Origin: Octopus sinensis | Lineage: Eukaryota | Assembly: GCF_006345805.1 (NCBI RefSeq) | Contig: NC_043005.1 | Span: 77,190,001 to 77,254,000 of the forward strand | DNA: 64,000 nt | Direction of reading: 5' to 3' | Shown here: positions 37,461-52,102 of the stretch, one piece after another | Numbering within the stretch: position 1 is the stretch's first letter | Layout: each line of letters starts with the position of its first letter | The notes under the pieces: model-generated | The model's database searches: none | What the model was told of the DNA's origin: nothing | The model's input: the letters and a program-made list of their open reading frames with translations, nothing else | Made by a program: the position numbers and the translations under genes

Positions 37461-40400
37461 AGTCTATCCTATATAAGGGCAACCATTGATATAACTATGT
37501 AAATTCAGTTGATGATTCCCTCTCTCTATAATGCAACGGTCGGATAATTTACGCTGTCAGATTTGCAAAATTTTCCCCTTTTCAGTGGTAGTCATGTTGA
37601 TTAAATCTTAGATACTTTTATATCCCATCCAGATATGATGATGCTGTTCCTTTTATTTCAGTACATTTGTTTCATTTATATAGGAAAGAATTTAACTTGT
37701 GTCACAAACAAAAGTAAGTGCTATAGACTCTACCGTTTACTCTATACGTCGATTGGTTGTAATATTAGAAAAAATTTTAATATCCAGTAGTATATACGAT
37801 ATTATTACTGTTCAGTATTATATCCTATAATTTTTTGCTCAATATCCGTTATCAGTATCACACACGCACGCACACACATACACACACACGCACACACACA
37901 CACACATTTTTTATTTGGTGCTACATTCTACTCTTAACATCCTCCATTTTATGAAAGTTTCGGTCGACCTAAATTTCCGTTTGTCTTAATTTTTTTGCAA
38001 CCCTTAATTTCCGTCACGTGTCATCGTCTCATTGAATCAGATACAATCTTTATTTTTCAGCAGTGATTGACGTACATTTCCGGCAGCTAACAATTTCAGT
38101 TTTACAGTTTCTTTTCAATGTAATTCTTGTTTTATGATAACATGTCTCAATCGATTTTACAGTGTTTGTTCCTCGTTATAAGACCTCTGCGATAACAGAC
38201 GCACAGGTGAGAATATGTCTAATGCGACTTTGAATGCCCTTGATGTAAATCTAAATAATACTCCAGACATTGATTTTTTTCTTTTTGGCACACGTTCACA
38301 GATGTGAAATTGTGAAGTAGATAGTTCGGTGGCGGCATTCGTCAAAGACTTAGAAGCAAAGCGTTGAATTAATGAATACAAGCTAGGAACTCTAATGGAT
38401 AAATCAAATTGCATTTGAATGTTTTTCTTTTGAAATGTATTCAGTCCTTTCCTTATTATTCATATTTTAATTTTTTTCTTTTTGATATTTATTCTTCATT
38501 CATCTCCACTCTTTCTCTTATTCTTTATTCATGTTTATTCTATTTTTTTTTCTATCACTTAAATAGGTAAAATAGCATTTGATGTGAGTTGTTGACTTTT
38601 TGGGTGATTAATTCAATATGAGATTTCAATTCCCGTCACTGCATTATATTGGTTCTCGGGTGTATAAAGCTAAAAAAAATAAAAAGGTCTTTAGAATTTT
38701 ACACACTTCGATTATTGCCTGATTTAGCATGTCTGTCATATTTCTAATAAAGAAAAAAATGGCAGCCAACTAGAGCTTCCTTTTGCAGTGATGCAAAATA
38801 TTTTTCCTGGACTCTTTGTAGTGAAAAAAAAAAAAAACAGATTTGATATCATGCTGTAATTAGAATATCTCAATATACAGTTGTCACGAAAACGCAGTGT
38901 TTTGTAAAAAAATTAAAAAGAAGCAAATACTTAATAGTAAAGGCTATTTTTTTCTTTTTATGGTATTGAATACTTTCCAAATCATAGCTTCAAATCCTGT
39001 GCCAGCGTACTATATGATATCAATTGATTCTTTGAACGTTTGTTGAATATCCCGTCCCTTCATTAAACGCTTAATATAGTGATTTCAAATTTTGGCTAAA
39101 GTTCAGCACTTTTGGAGAAAAGTGAGTTTGTTAATGCCAGTGACTTCAGTACTTGACTGTTTTTTTTTTTCTATCGACCCTTGAGAGATGTAAGGTAAAA
39201 TTGATCGCAGTGGAATTTGAACTCATCGTAATGAGTCGGAACAAATATTGCTAGATGCTCTAATGATAATGCCAGTTCGGCACCTTGCAAAGCCTATATA
39301 AGTCTTTCTTTTATAGACACAAGACATGAAATTTTAAGGGGAGGTAATCAGAATATCTTAATATGGAGATGAAATATAAAAGTCAATGCTTTGTGAAACC
39401 AAATACTTATTGCCAAAAGCTATTTTTTTTCCGGTATTTAATTCTTTGCAAATCATAAGTTCAATAACTGTACTAACATACTGCTTGATATCAATTAATT
39501 CATTGAAATTTCATGATATTTATTGATCGGATATTTTCAAATAAGGTAAAATATAATTCGTATGTACCGGGATATAAGACGCACTCTTCCAAATGAAAAT
39601 CCCCCACTTTCTTTTAATAAATATATTTTGTGGAAAAAAAAAACTGAATATATTTTATCATACATTGATACACTCATTATAGCATCTATAATACAGTCAC
39701 ACTTGCCACACCGCAGTTTTTGTTAGATTTAAGAATAAAGCTATGTACGATATGTACGGTAAGACAATAAAGTAAAGAGGCTGATTTTTCGAATGGCTTT
39801 TACTTGGAAGGGTTCAAAGTCGTCCATGCTTTTTCAGAATAGATGTAAGTGTGCAAAGAAACTGAACTAGACACAGTTCGATTTTGATATTATTTTGATT
39901 ATTCAAATTCTTGAATTTCCTTCTTGCTTTGTAACTCTGATCACAACTGGAACAAAATGGCACATTTTTTGAAATTAAAACTGAAAGTAGGTATTCAGTA
40001 TTTGTGTCACGAATTCAGTGTTCTGCGTAACAATCTCGAATAATAATTAAATACTGCTGAATATTCAACAATCATGCTGTGTGGGAAAGGACAGAGTAAG
40101 ATGAGTGTATCATACACCTTATTTGTTCGTCATGTATGTATGGAGTAACTACATTAAAGAGTGGAAAGTACAATTTCCTGTAATCCACACCGCCTCACGG
40201 CCCCAGAAGACAAAATGGAAAAGGATTTCTCCCAGAAGATGGCGAAGAGGATGTACTGGAACAGCCACTCTAATTCACGGGGCTCGCACGGGCCGTTTGT
40301 TTAAGAGAGAGGAGAGGAAGAGTATTGTCTCGGTTCAAGTACTTTCCCTGTACAAAATGTTAAAATTAGAATTTGAGCCTGGTGATATTTAGATACAGAA

Positions 40401-41730
40401 TTTAGAGAAATGAAGGCTAAAAAATAATATAAAAATTTATTCCGGTGCTCTTTACAGCAGTGATTTCTATTCGGTCAATGGCGTCCTTACCTAGAATTTA
40501 GAAGAATGGGGTTAGAATATAACATACAACATATTGTCCCATGCGCTATATAACTGATTTCTGCAATGATCAAAGGTGTTCCCTCCCCAACCTTGCCGTC
40601 TGTATCTATAATACTATATTATTCCATTCGTTCTAAGAGTTGTCTTTATATTTCCTCTTTCCAAAGTCAATATTACTTTATCAATAACACAATAAGGTAA
40701 AAAATGATTTATAAGGTTTGTCATCTGTCATGAACACGAGGACACTTAAGGCGGAGCTGAAACCCATTTGAAGCTGAGTGGACTGTGCCAACATGGAGTT
40801 CAAATGTTTTGGTCAGGAACACAATGCACCGCCGGTCTGGAAATCAAAACCACGATCGCTATATCCTGTGTGAAATACCCTATACACTAAGATCAGTCGA
40901 TCATGGTTCCTGCCCAGTAAAATTTATCCGTGTACCAAATCTTAGTTAAAAATGTGAAATAAGACAAAACATCACAGTATACTTGTGATGATGACAAAAT
41001 TAGTTTTTAAAGCAATTTCAATTATCTATTCCAATTAAGTTGGGCAAATAAATCAATTTTACAACTAGCATATTTAACTGTATTCACAATCATAAATAAT
41101 TAATACATTTGACAATAAGCTTGACCGTATATTCTCAGAAATGAACATAATAGATTTGGCAGCAGAATATTTATGAACGATGTCATTCCATAGAAATCTT
41201 GTTTGAAGTACAATTTTCTCGCTAGAATCCAATTTTGTTTTCTTGCCGTTTGGTAACACGCCAGTTGCGTTGGCGAAAAGGTTTTTGTATTATGAATCGG
41301 TTTATAATATTCTACTTCTGTAGTCATGTACTTTTATGTTCTAAGTTCAAATGATGCTGAGATTTCATTCGGCTTTCCATAAAATGTGTATCAGCTCGGA
41401 ACAGGAGAGGGGTAGGGTGATCAAATATTTCGTACCCAGACCCTAATTTGAGATTTATGCTTACATCACTATAGATATTTCATTCATAACTGTTGTATTG
41501 ATTTATAGAACAGGAATTTAGTATTAAATCCGGAATCAGCGTCTGATATGGTGTTTTTCTTACACACATGCACTGGCGATTACGAACAGACTGCTGAAGC
41601 CGACGTGTGACAGGCGTGACAATACCACACGACTCTGATCCTGTGATATGCGTTTCAGAAACGACAATGAGTATAATTATTGTTTGTTTATGAGACGTAA
41701 AGATATGCTACATCTATGCTGGTGTAAGAT

Positions 41731-42140
41731 ATCTGTAATAATAAAAGCAAAATTCTGTTTGTCTGTCTGGGACCCCTGCATGTCAGTGTGCATTTGCTCT
41801 CCATAGATATATACCTTTTTGGAATCAGGATGATCCCAGGATTGAAAATCTACCTTTCATTTGTCTCTTGAACATCCAGCATTGGAATCTGCTATTCCTC
41901 GCAGGTAAAGCTTGGCTGATTCACGCCATCTTGGCTGGCGTTTGTCAGATGACGTCAGAGATCAAGGGGTAGATAAATGATATTTGCTTCGTTAAATTTA
42001 CGTTGAGGTAAGAACCTTAGGATAAACGGGCCAACATTTGGAATTCAACTTGGGATTATAGCAATAGAATGATTTCATTACAGAATTCCCGTCGGTCCTT
42101 AACCTCTGAGCAAATACGACCGGGAGATATAGTTATTTAG
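41731..42140 (+). mobile_element. Non-autonomous Helitron-like insert
   Basis: 5' ATCTGTAATAATAAAAGCAAAATTCTGTTTGTCTGTCTG resembles Helitron/HINE starts; 3' CGACCGGGAGATATAGT resembles a decayed CTAG end. Confidence 0.45.
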
Positions 42141-42245
42141 CTATTTAGCTGTCTCCAGTTTTGGGCAGCAGGCCCAATTAGCTCTCCACAGGCGCCAGAG
42201 CAAAAGTCGGCACGGAGTGCAGGTTTTAAGATAGTTAATAATAAA

Positions 42246-42276
<31 letters not shown>

Positions 42277-42354
42277 TGTATGTATGTATGTATGTATGCA
42301 TGCATGTATGCATGTATGTATGTATGTATGTATATATACATATATATATATATA

Positions 42355-43049
42355 CATGCTGCGGTGAATATATTGTCTTCTAAATTACGCAAAATCGAAA
42401 ATAACTCTGACATCTCATTTTAAGAGATATATTTTCCAAAATTACTTTAAAATATCTTGAAATACAAAAGAGTAAATATATTTAATAAAATCGCCACTGG
42501 CTTACACCACGGTCTCCGGACGACTCCGGAATCCCCTGAAACTCTTCTGGACGGTCTCCTTGTTTAAGTTGTTGAATGATTCCATAATCCTTGCCTTCAG
42601 TTCTATGCCAGACATTGGGTCTTCCAGCAGCCACCGTCTTGACCCAGGTAGCATTAACTCCTCCGGGCACTCGATGTAGGACGGCATGTTGAATCTGAGG
42701 CTGTGTGGGAAGATGAATAAAGGCATAACGTCAATCACTAGTGATCACTCCAAACACCATGATGTTGACTGGATGTTTGATTTTTATCACTCTCTGTACA
42801 TGTTTTGGGGACACGGAAAACACTTAGATTGACATTCAAACACTCTCAAATGTTCGTATTGGAGCTTCCGGCGCTAATGCCAAGTAATACAGTATGTCAT
42901 TTCCAAATATCTGGCACTTTGAATTGCATCACGGTGCTATTTTTCGCACAGACGGTGCCCAACTGACCCTGTGATACTGAGTTGTAGATAAAATAAAAAT
43001 CAATGCGCATGCGCGAAATTAAGGACGACAATTTGCCCCTTGCACCCTG
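42355..43049 (-). mobile_element. maT-type Tc1/mariner, internally deleted
   Basis: Imperfect TIRs CAGGGTGCAAGGGGCAAATTGTC / CATGCTGCGGTGAATATATTGTC with TA flanks; KHPVNIMVFGVITSD, VMPLFIFPHSLR and ELKARIM..LNKETVQK..FRSR; catalytic D..D segment deleted. Confidence 0.8.
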
Positions 43050-43157
43050 TATATATATGTGTGTGAATGTGTGTGTATAGTATATATAGTATACATACAT
43101 ATATATATATATATATAGTATATATCTATATACAGTATATGCATATATATATGTGTG

Positions 43158-43214
<57 letters not shown>

Positions 43215-44711
43215 GTGTGTGTGTGTGTGTGTATATATATATGTGTATGTATATATATATATATATATACATAAATATATATACAGTACATGCATATAGC
43301 ATATATGTATGTATATATATATATACACATACAGATAATTGCTCGTTGTAAAATAAATTTAGCCGCCGGTTCTGTAATCAGTAACCGCGAGAAGTAATTG
43401 CAACGCACGTTGTCACATTCCACAAAATATCACAAAATAGCAAAATAGGAGAGCCTCAGTAAACAATATGACTCTCCTCTGCGTAATTCCTCACGCTAAT
43501 AGATTATAAATGCAGGAGATAATATTCATACCACAACATAATGCACAACATTCATTTATATATAATTCAATCAAATATCTGGTGGTGGCGGACAATAGTG
43601 CCAAATTTCGGCTGTAGGCACCACATACATCGCATTGGCGCCACGCTTACTATAGAGATTTAACAATTTATGTGACAATCCTCCATAGGCCACTGAAATT
43701 GAGTATCATTGTTGATTGTAAAGTATATTATTCCAAAAGAATATGCAGCGAACACTTAAGAAAATGAAGAAAACTTTTCGTGTATGTGTGTTGTGTATGT
43801 GTGTAAATATAACGATAGATACGGAGAAAATTTTCTCTTTATCTATGCACACACATATACATACACACACATATATACATATATGTATGCATCGTAGTGA
43901 GTTATCTGGGCCAGTCACCAAAGATTTGACAGTGATGGAGGTTATAACGGGTTACGAGTTTTCAATAGAAGTTCTATGTACTTGTGTCAGATCTTTTATG
44001 ACCTAACATACATACACAGCAGTGAAGCAACTTTAGCATTAGAAAATGTTTGTGGGTTCCTTGCGAAGTCGAGGAAGTCGTAGGTGTATATTTTCTCAAA
44101 ATTATTTCTGATCAGTCATCAAGAGAATGTCTGCTGTTGAGATTTTGAGCTCCGGGATATGCAAAAATAAATATCTTACAAATATCTGATATTCTAGACA
44201 TCAACAGAAATTATATCAGAAATTGTTGAAAGCAATTTGTATTGAAAAGAAAGTTTGAAGACGGTGGAATCGTTAAAAGTCCATAAATCATATTTGCAGT
44301 GAAATATGAGAAAAATATATAATGTGTGGTGATTGTTGAGTATATCTTTAGGTATTCAACTGTCCTTTAAAAGATGACTTCAAAACAATGAGCTACTGCC
44401 TACCCCACCGTTCCAATCGATGACAAACGACCTACCGCAGTAATTTTAATATAGAAGAAATGGATAGTCGAGGTCGAAATTAGTCTTTAAGGGACATAGA
44501 GCCGGTCTCGCGGTTTCTTTGTCGTATGTATTTCTTCTGCAGTATAACTCACTTTTAGCAGAGATTTTGTAGTTTGAGTAACACAAAGCTCGCTTAGAAT
44601 GTAATTGGTAGTTAGCAGACAATGTTTCAACCTCATTTGGCATCATTAATACGGTTTGGAAACCAATTTCAATTTAGGAAGGAATATTTTTTAAGCTTAG
44701 CACAAAATGAT

Positions 44712-44770
44712 CGGATATGCTCATCACTGAAGAGATCAAATGTAATCGAAACGCCGTATCTGACGATCCG
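44712..44770 (+). ncRNA. Type I hammerhead-like motif with canonical core
   Basis: CTGAAGA-GAT-caaatgta-ATC-GAAA-CGCCG-TA; distal stem I CGGAT/ATCCG, proximal stem I imperfect. Confidence 0.62.
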
Positions 44771-45499
44771 CCGACGACATTCTAAGTTATTTATGCCTTT
44801 TTTTAAACAACACTCATTTTGATAAGTTCCCCTGCGGCAAAATATTACAACTAGCACTGTCTTACATTTGTATTTATACACACTCTGATAATTACTTTTT
44901 GACTTTTTATCTTAATTTCTCAGTTTTGTGTACAATTCATAACCGTTTTTCTGCCTGGCTTACTTTTGCACAAAGGCTAAATATTTGACACTCTCACTGA
45001 GAAACTATTAGTTTCAAAGTTAAGTATGGTAATGTATTGTAAAATGTTTCGAAACCAAATTAAATACTTCTCTTCCTGTCTGAGAACAGTATTAGACGAT
45101 CAAAAATATTATTGAACGACATTTTTTAAAACTACAATTTCACATTTAAATTATAGGAAACAGAATTGTATTGATTTTAGTTAAGAAAACTAAGAGTGTG
45201 AAAGAGTTTTTGTATGTATACGTGTGTATGTGAGAGGGAGAGAAAGAGAGAGAGAGAGAGAGTGAGAGAGAGACAGAGAGACAGAGAGCGGGAGAGAGAA
45301 GAAAAAGATCGTCTGCTCGATATGTAAGACAGCCATTATATCTCTATTCGAGATTACAATGGAACATACAGTGTGTAATTTCATTCAACAAGAAGATACA
45401 TTTACTATTAGGTTTTGTCTCCGATCGACAAAACCAATTTCCTTGTATGCATTTTAAGCCAGAATATATCCTCAGGTGCATTTGGCATCGTGACTATGC

Positions 45500-45625
45500 G
45501 CGTTATATATACATATATATATATATGTATGTATGTATGTATGTGTGTATGTATGTATGTATGTATGTATGTATCTATGTATCTATGTATATAAATGTGT
45601 GTGTATTTACATATATGCGTGTGTG

Positions 45626-45672
<47 letters not shown>

Positions 45673-45729
45673 TTATATATACACATATATATATATTGTG
45701 TGTATATGTGTGTATGTATCTTTGTATGC

Positions 45730-45763
<34 letters not shown>

Positions 45764-45943
45764 TATATATATGTATGTATATATATATATATATATTATA
45801 TATATGTATATATATATGTATATATATATGTATATATATGTATATACACATGTATATATATATATATTATGTATATATATATATGTATATATATGTATAT
45901 ATATATGTATATATATATGTATGCATATATATATGTATGTATG

Positions 45944-45976
<33 letters not shown>

Positions 45977-46100
45977 GTATACATATATATGTATGTATGT
46001 ATACATATATACATATACATATATATATTATATATATATATATAATATATATATTATATATATATAATATATTATATGTATATATATATATATATATCAC
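45500..46100. repeat. (TA)/(TATG) low-complexity tract
   Basis: Direct reading. Confidence 0.9.
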
Positions 46101-46939
46101 CCAAGGATATGTGTTCTGCATCATGACAATATACATTTGAGCATCGACGGAATCTTTCATCCAAACATGAACAATGAAATACGAACCGTACCGTATAAGC
46201 TTACAACGCAACTGTCGGGGCATAAATGTGTCTCTTACGAAATACGTTGAAGGCGAGCGAATGATAATGATAATAACAACAGCAACAACAACAACAACAA
46301 CAATAATAATAATAATGTATGACACGCAAGTTGTCAGATACAGTGATTCGGAAAATTAGACATCAAGCACTAAGATTTTTTATTTTTCGTTGGCATTTTA
46401 GCTTTTGTGTTATTCGTCTAAAACAAAAGTTAGTGGTCTGGAAGAACCAGAAGAGCGTCTGAGGAAACACATGGAAGTATTTCGTTACGTCCAGTACTTC
46501 AGTATTTCGCTGCATCAATTTATGTGCATTCTATAAAATATGTACCGGTGTAGCACTTAGGCCCCCTGCTCCAAATCGACACCTTTGTGCCCATGGAAGA
46601 AATCAATATCTAGTTTCGATAATCTAAGTAGTAATAAATACCAGTCCCGAGTTCAGTTGATCATATATAGATATGTGTATGTATGTGTGTGTGTCTCTAT
46701 GTGTGTGGGTGTGAGGACCAAAGTTTACGCACCAAAACGTTTCACATTTTATTTATATTACGTTATTATAATTATTATAATTATTATAATTATTATCCGT
46801 TTTGTTCATCACGTGCAATCACGTGCGCTTTCATTATTATTTTATTTATTCTATTCAATTTCAGCAAAAACTGAAGCAGGTCTTTGACAGTTCCAGAGAG
46901 TATTGAACTGACCTTTCGTGCATGACCTTTTGCCCGCGC

Positions 46940-47330
46940 TGTATATATGTATATATGTATATATGTGCATATATATATATATATTTGTATGTAAATGCAT
47001 GCATGTATACCTGTATTTTTGCATATATGTACGTATGTATGTATGTATGTATGTATGTAATGTATGTATGTATGTATATATATATGTATATATGTATGTA
47101 TGTATGTATTATGTATGTATGTATGTATGTATGTATGTATGTATGTATGTATGTATGTATGTATGTATATGTATGTATGTATGGTATGTATGTATGTATG
47201 TATGTATGTATGTATGTTGTATGTATGTATGTATATGTATGTATGTATGCATGTATGTATGTATGTATGTATGTATGTAATGTATGTATGTATGTAGTAT
47301 GTATGTATGTATGTATGTATGTATTATACA
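46940..47330. repeat. (TATG)n tract
   Basis: Direct reading. Confidence 0.9.
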
Positions 47331-47847
47331 CCTGTTCCTTGTACTTGAGTGTTTGCAAGTATGCTAGTAATCAATATTATGTTGCAATCACATGCTGAGG
47401 GCTTGTCAAACGCAATAACGCTAACTCGGCAAGACAGGTTTGGGCAGACGGAAATTTTATCAGTGTTATTGATTCGTCACAATTGAGAGGGTGTGAATCT
47501 CAGTATGAGCTACACATTTCACGGTTGATTTATATCACAATTTGTACACAACTTGATGCACATTCGGATCGGGAAAAAGACACGCATGAAGGGCCACAGG
47601 CCGAGAGAGACTAAATTATAGATGCATATCTATATTCAAATATATGTGTGTAGTTTACGAACCTGTCTACATTCATGCATTTTTTAAGAAGACCTTTTCT
47701 CATGATATAAATATATGATTATATAAATACGAACACATACACATATATAAATACATATATAAATACATACCAAGATTTTCCATGCTTGGTACCACATACA
47801 AGAATTCATACATATGTATGTATATACTTACACATATATACATGCAA

Positions 47848-47883
<36 letters not shown>

Positions 47884-48111
47884 CGTCTTTGTATTTGGTT
47901 TGCCAGATTCTTTATGTGAATTCTTGTGTTGAAGCATATTTTAAAAAATAAATATGCAAATGAGAGGATATCGAAACGGTTCGAACCGGTGGATGTGTTT
48001 AGGCAGTATAAAAGAATGACTCTCCTTATTATGAATATATTCTTTTACCTGTCTCAGTCATTTGACTTTGGCCATGCTGGAGCACCGCCTTTAGTCGAGC
48101 AAATCGACTAA

Positions 48112-49288
48112 ATTTTTGTTTCAGGAAAGGATAATGGCAGACACTCAGTTTACTCAAGAAATGAAGAGGCATGTTGTTATTGTGGTTATAAAGGCTGAGC
48201 TTAGCGATTTAGGAATATTTCAATTTTTGAAAGTTTGCAGATCTTTCGTCTACAAAGTTTGTAAGGAGTTAGAGAGTAAAGATGGAAATGTATTACCTGT
48301 ATCAATGCATAATAAGCATTCCAAACGGTCTGAAATCATCAGAACACATGAAATTATACAGCAAGTTTAACAGACCATTGATTACAATCCCAGAAATTCC
48401 ATGAAGTCAATTTCAAAAGACCTCCATGTGTCAGAAGGAAAAGTCAGAAATGTCGTCCACGAAGTCATCAGATATAAGTCCTATATGATGAGGAAAGGTC
48501 AATTTGTCAGAAAAAAAGCAAAAGAAAATCAGTGCTTCATATCTAAAAGGTTCTCAACCAAAAAAATCTAGCAGAAGATTTGATTTGGTTTCCCTCAAAC
48601 TAGAAAAACTCCGAACAAGATTAAAAGCTAACAGAAGAAATGACAGATGGCTATGTGCAGACTCCTCTGGAGTTTCAAGTGTTACGTATACAAAATTTTC
48701 CGCAACTGTCATGGTTTTAGGGGTTGTCAGGAATGAATGATATGTAATGCCGCCGTACTTCTTTCCACAAGGCCTTAGAATTAACTCTGTCGCCCACATC
48801 GAATCCTGGAAACAATTGTTAAGTCCTAGATAGGCAGTGTATGCAATGGAAGGCCGTATGTGTTTCAGTAAGACTCTGAAATATCACACATGGCTCTATT
48901 AACACAGGAATGGATAGCTGAAAATTTCCATGATCACATAACCTCTAACATTTAACCTCCTAATTCCTCAGATTTCAATCCATTGGACTATTACACTTTG
49001 AGTGTTGTTGAGAGGGAAGTCAATGAACACACCCATAACACCAAAGATTCTTTGAAAACAGCCATAGTCAGAGTAATGTCCCAAATGAACCAGGACTTGA
49101 GCATGTAGATGATTTAGATATCAAGTAGAAGCAGTTGTTGAAACTGAAGGTGGCTTTATTGAATAACATTATAGAAAAGAAGGTTTATTCTCATCCTCAT
49201 AGCATTTTGTGATGAAATTATTATCTGTTATTATACATTTGTTTTTTTTATAAACATAAATCCATCCTCAAATATCTTACGCACCCTT
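48112..49288 (+). pseudogene. maT-family (DD37D) Tc1/mariner transposase pseudogene with right TIR
   Basis: YVFQ*DSEISH...I*PPNSSDFNPLDY with 37 residues between the second and third Asp; TVMVLGVV motif; right end CTTACGCACCCTT|TA; several stops and frameshifts; SINE fragment at 48036-48110 interrupts the 5' side. Confidence 0.88.
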
Positions 49289-49336
49289 TATATATATATG
49301 TGTGTGTGTGTGTGTGTATATATGTATATATGATAA

Positions 49337-49403
<67 letters not shown>

Positions 49404-50567
49404 TATGTATGTATGTATGTATTATGTATGTATGTATGTATGTAATTAGTCGTTACTCATTTTGCCCCGTTTAAGAAGTTTAAATTTTTTTTTTTTTTTT
49501 TTTAATTTTTGAAAATTGAAAATTATCAATTTAGACATTAATGGAGTAAAAAATAGACTTGAAATCCAACACAGAAAACAACTTTGGTAAATACTAAAAA
49601 TTATCTAGGTATTTTATAAACAAAATTAATTACTATCGAATGTTAGAACCAATGGTAGAAAAATGAAAATAATATGATTATCTGGGAGGTTGAAGGACAT
49701 AGAGATATGAACGAAAGTTACAATCATTAGGACGTCATAAGGGAAGATGAAAGATCCTAGAGTCGTGCAAGAATTGAAGAAGATCTCGACAGAAGATGTT
49801 GAAAAATGTTGAAGAAAGCTTTCTTTAAAAAATGTACCTGCCATCGCACGGATTCAAAATCTCTCAACCTCAACAGTAACAACAACAGCATCTATTCTGA
49901 CCAACTTTTACTCCAAATGAGAATGAAACAGCACAAAATGATGAGGCAATACTTGTAACATAATGGCTTCAGATAAATAGGAACAAAATAGCAAAGTATC
50001 GGATATTACTCATTTCGCCCCACTTACACATGTGCTTGTGTCTCTCTGTGTGTGCGTGTGCACGTGTGTGTATGTGTGTGTTTATGTTGTGTGTCTGTGT
50101 GTACGTATTTATACTAAAGCTTACCCTCCCTGTTTTCCGTTCCACTTTTCGATGTCAGCGAAGATGGCTAAAAACAATAGAGAACAAGTCTAAACGGAAT
50201 GGTTGGGGTTTATTTAAATGTGAACTTGGCGTTTCATATAAGTGAAAGTCAAAGATGCTTAAATTATGCACAAATCTGTGTACCAGAGATCATGCAAGAT
50301 AAGCCATAACATCCTTTACAAATGTAACGTTAGCAGGTATTCAAAGGAAAACATTAACACATTTCGAAACATTAAAATTTCCTGTGTAACACAAATTCGA
50401 AGAGACCCACTCGTTTTACTCACTGATATTAGCGATTTGCCTTCAGTAAGAGTTTAATCAAGCATGCACTGAGAGAGCATGAAAGTTCGACTGTATTCTT
50501 CAGGGCAACTGAAGCAAAACTGAAAGGTGAAGCGATGTTTCTCTCACAGAAGCACTACTATATGTAT

Positions 50568-50619
<52 letters not shown>

Positions 50620-50772
50620 GGTGTGTGTGTGTGTATATATATGTACATATATATATATATATAGGTGTGTGTGTGTGTATATATATGTATAAAAAGAGAG
50701 AGAGAGAGAGAGACAGAGAGAGACAGAGACAGACAGACAGATAGACAGACAGACAGATAGATAGATAGATAA

Positions 50773-50841
<69 letters not shown>

Positions 50842-50864
50842 CAGATATAATATTATTATTATTA

Positions 50865-50915
<51 letters not shown>

Positions 50916-51113
50916 GATAAATATATCCCAAGCGTAAGAGTAATTTATCACAGCGAACACCACCATCCATCTATCTTACCATAGAGAAAAATCAAATATA
51001 AATTTCTACATATACACATAAATTGATGTATATGAATATAATATGAAATATTTTGTCAGAAATACATGCATACATACATACATGCATGCATATATATGCA
51101 CATAAGCTTGTAA

Positions 51114-51195
<82 letters not shown>

Positions 51196-51530
51196 GTATA
51201 TATATATGTATATATATATATATGCATTAGATACATGCTTATGTATTTGTGTATGTGTGTCTATATCTATACACACACACACATATATATATATACATAT
51301 ATACATACATATACATACATGCACGCATACATATGTATGTATATATGTATATATGTTTGTATTCTGTATATGGCAGTTGTATATCATAGCTCTCATGAAA
51401 GTCGCGTTGTATAACGTGTGTTCCCTCTCCGAGAGGTTCCAGGTTCAGGAATTCGCCTCCTTTTTGCTCCAAGAACAAGCTGCAGGTTTATAGCTGATTG
51501 TTCCGGCATTGGGTGGACACTATGACATAC

Positions 51531-51705
51531 CTTTCGAACGGACCCTTTTCCGTATGGGCTGAATACATTTTTCATCAACTCGTGCCACCGACGATATATG
51601 AATGTGATAACTTGCTTCTGATTGAGAGAGAACTCAACACCCACGGCCCTCGACCTTCGCAGGAACACCAGATCGCCGGACGGATAGGCATTGTATAATG
51701 TAGTC
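51531..51705 (-). CDS. Candidate internal coding exon of an unidentified gene
   Basis: TATATAG| acceptor, AAG|GTATGT donor, 175 nt open frame TTLYNAYPSGDLVFLRRSRAVGVEFSLNQKQVITFIYRRWHELMKNVFSPYGKGSVRK in non-repetitive, GC-richer DNA; no recognised homology. Confidence 0.25.
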
Positions 51706-51804
51706 CTATATACCTCAATAAACAAGATAGTCATGGTTAAGATGGCTTTGATAACGTCACTTTGATCAGAATTTCACCTTATTTTTTTAATCTTTATCTT
51801 CTTT

Positions 51805-52068
51805 CTTTTACCTGTTTCAGTCATTAGACTGTGGCCAAGATGGAGCGCCACCTTGATGAATTTTAGTGGAATAAATCGACCCCAGTAATTATTATTTTTA
51901 TTAAAACTGATAATAACTCTATCGGAGTCTTTGGCCGAACTGCCAAGTTATGGGACAATAAATACACCAATATCGGCTGTTAAGTGGTGGTGGCAGACAC
52001 AAAGACAAACACACTCACACACACACGTATAGACATGTGTGTGTGTCAGCGCTTGAAAGAAGCTCGTC

Positions 52069-52102
<34 letters not shown>

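Noticed and set aside
40060-40392. GC-richer island with AAGATGGCG and a 95-aa ORF
   Set aside because: No recognisable protein or consistent splice frame
41807-41904. Host-gene exon
   Set aside because: Lies inside a Helitron-like repeat, so not accepted as a host CDS
44090-44135. TTGATGA..GAAA motif (minus strand)
   Set aside because: Stem I register off by 2 nt; stem II and III closing pairs mismatch
46725-46825. GTGATGA..GAAA-CG-TT motif (minus strand)
   Set aside because: C3G and proximal stem I unpaired; not counted
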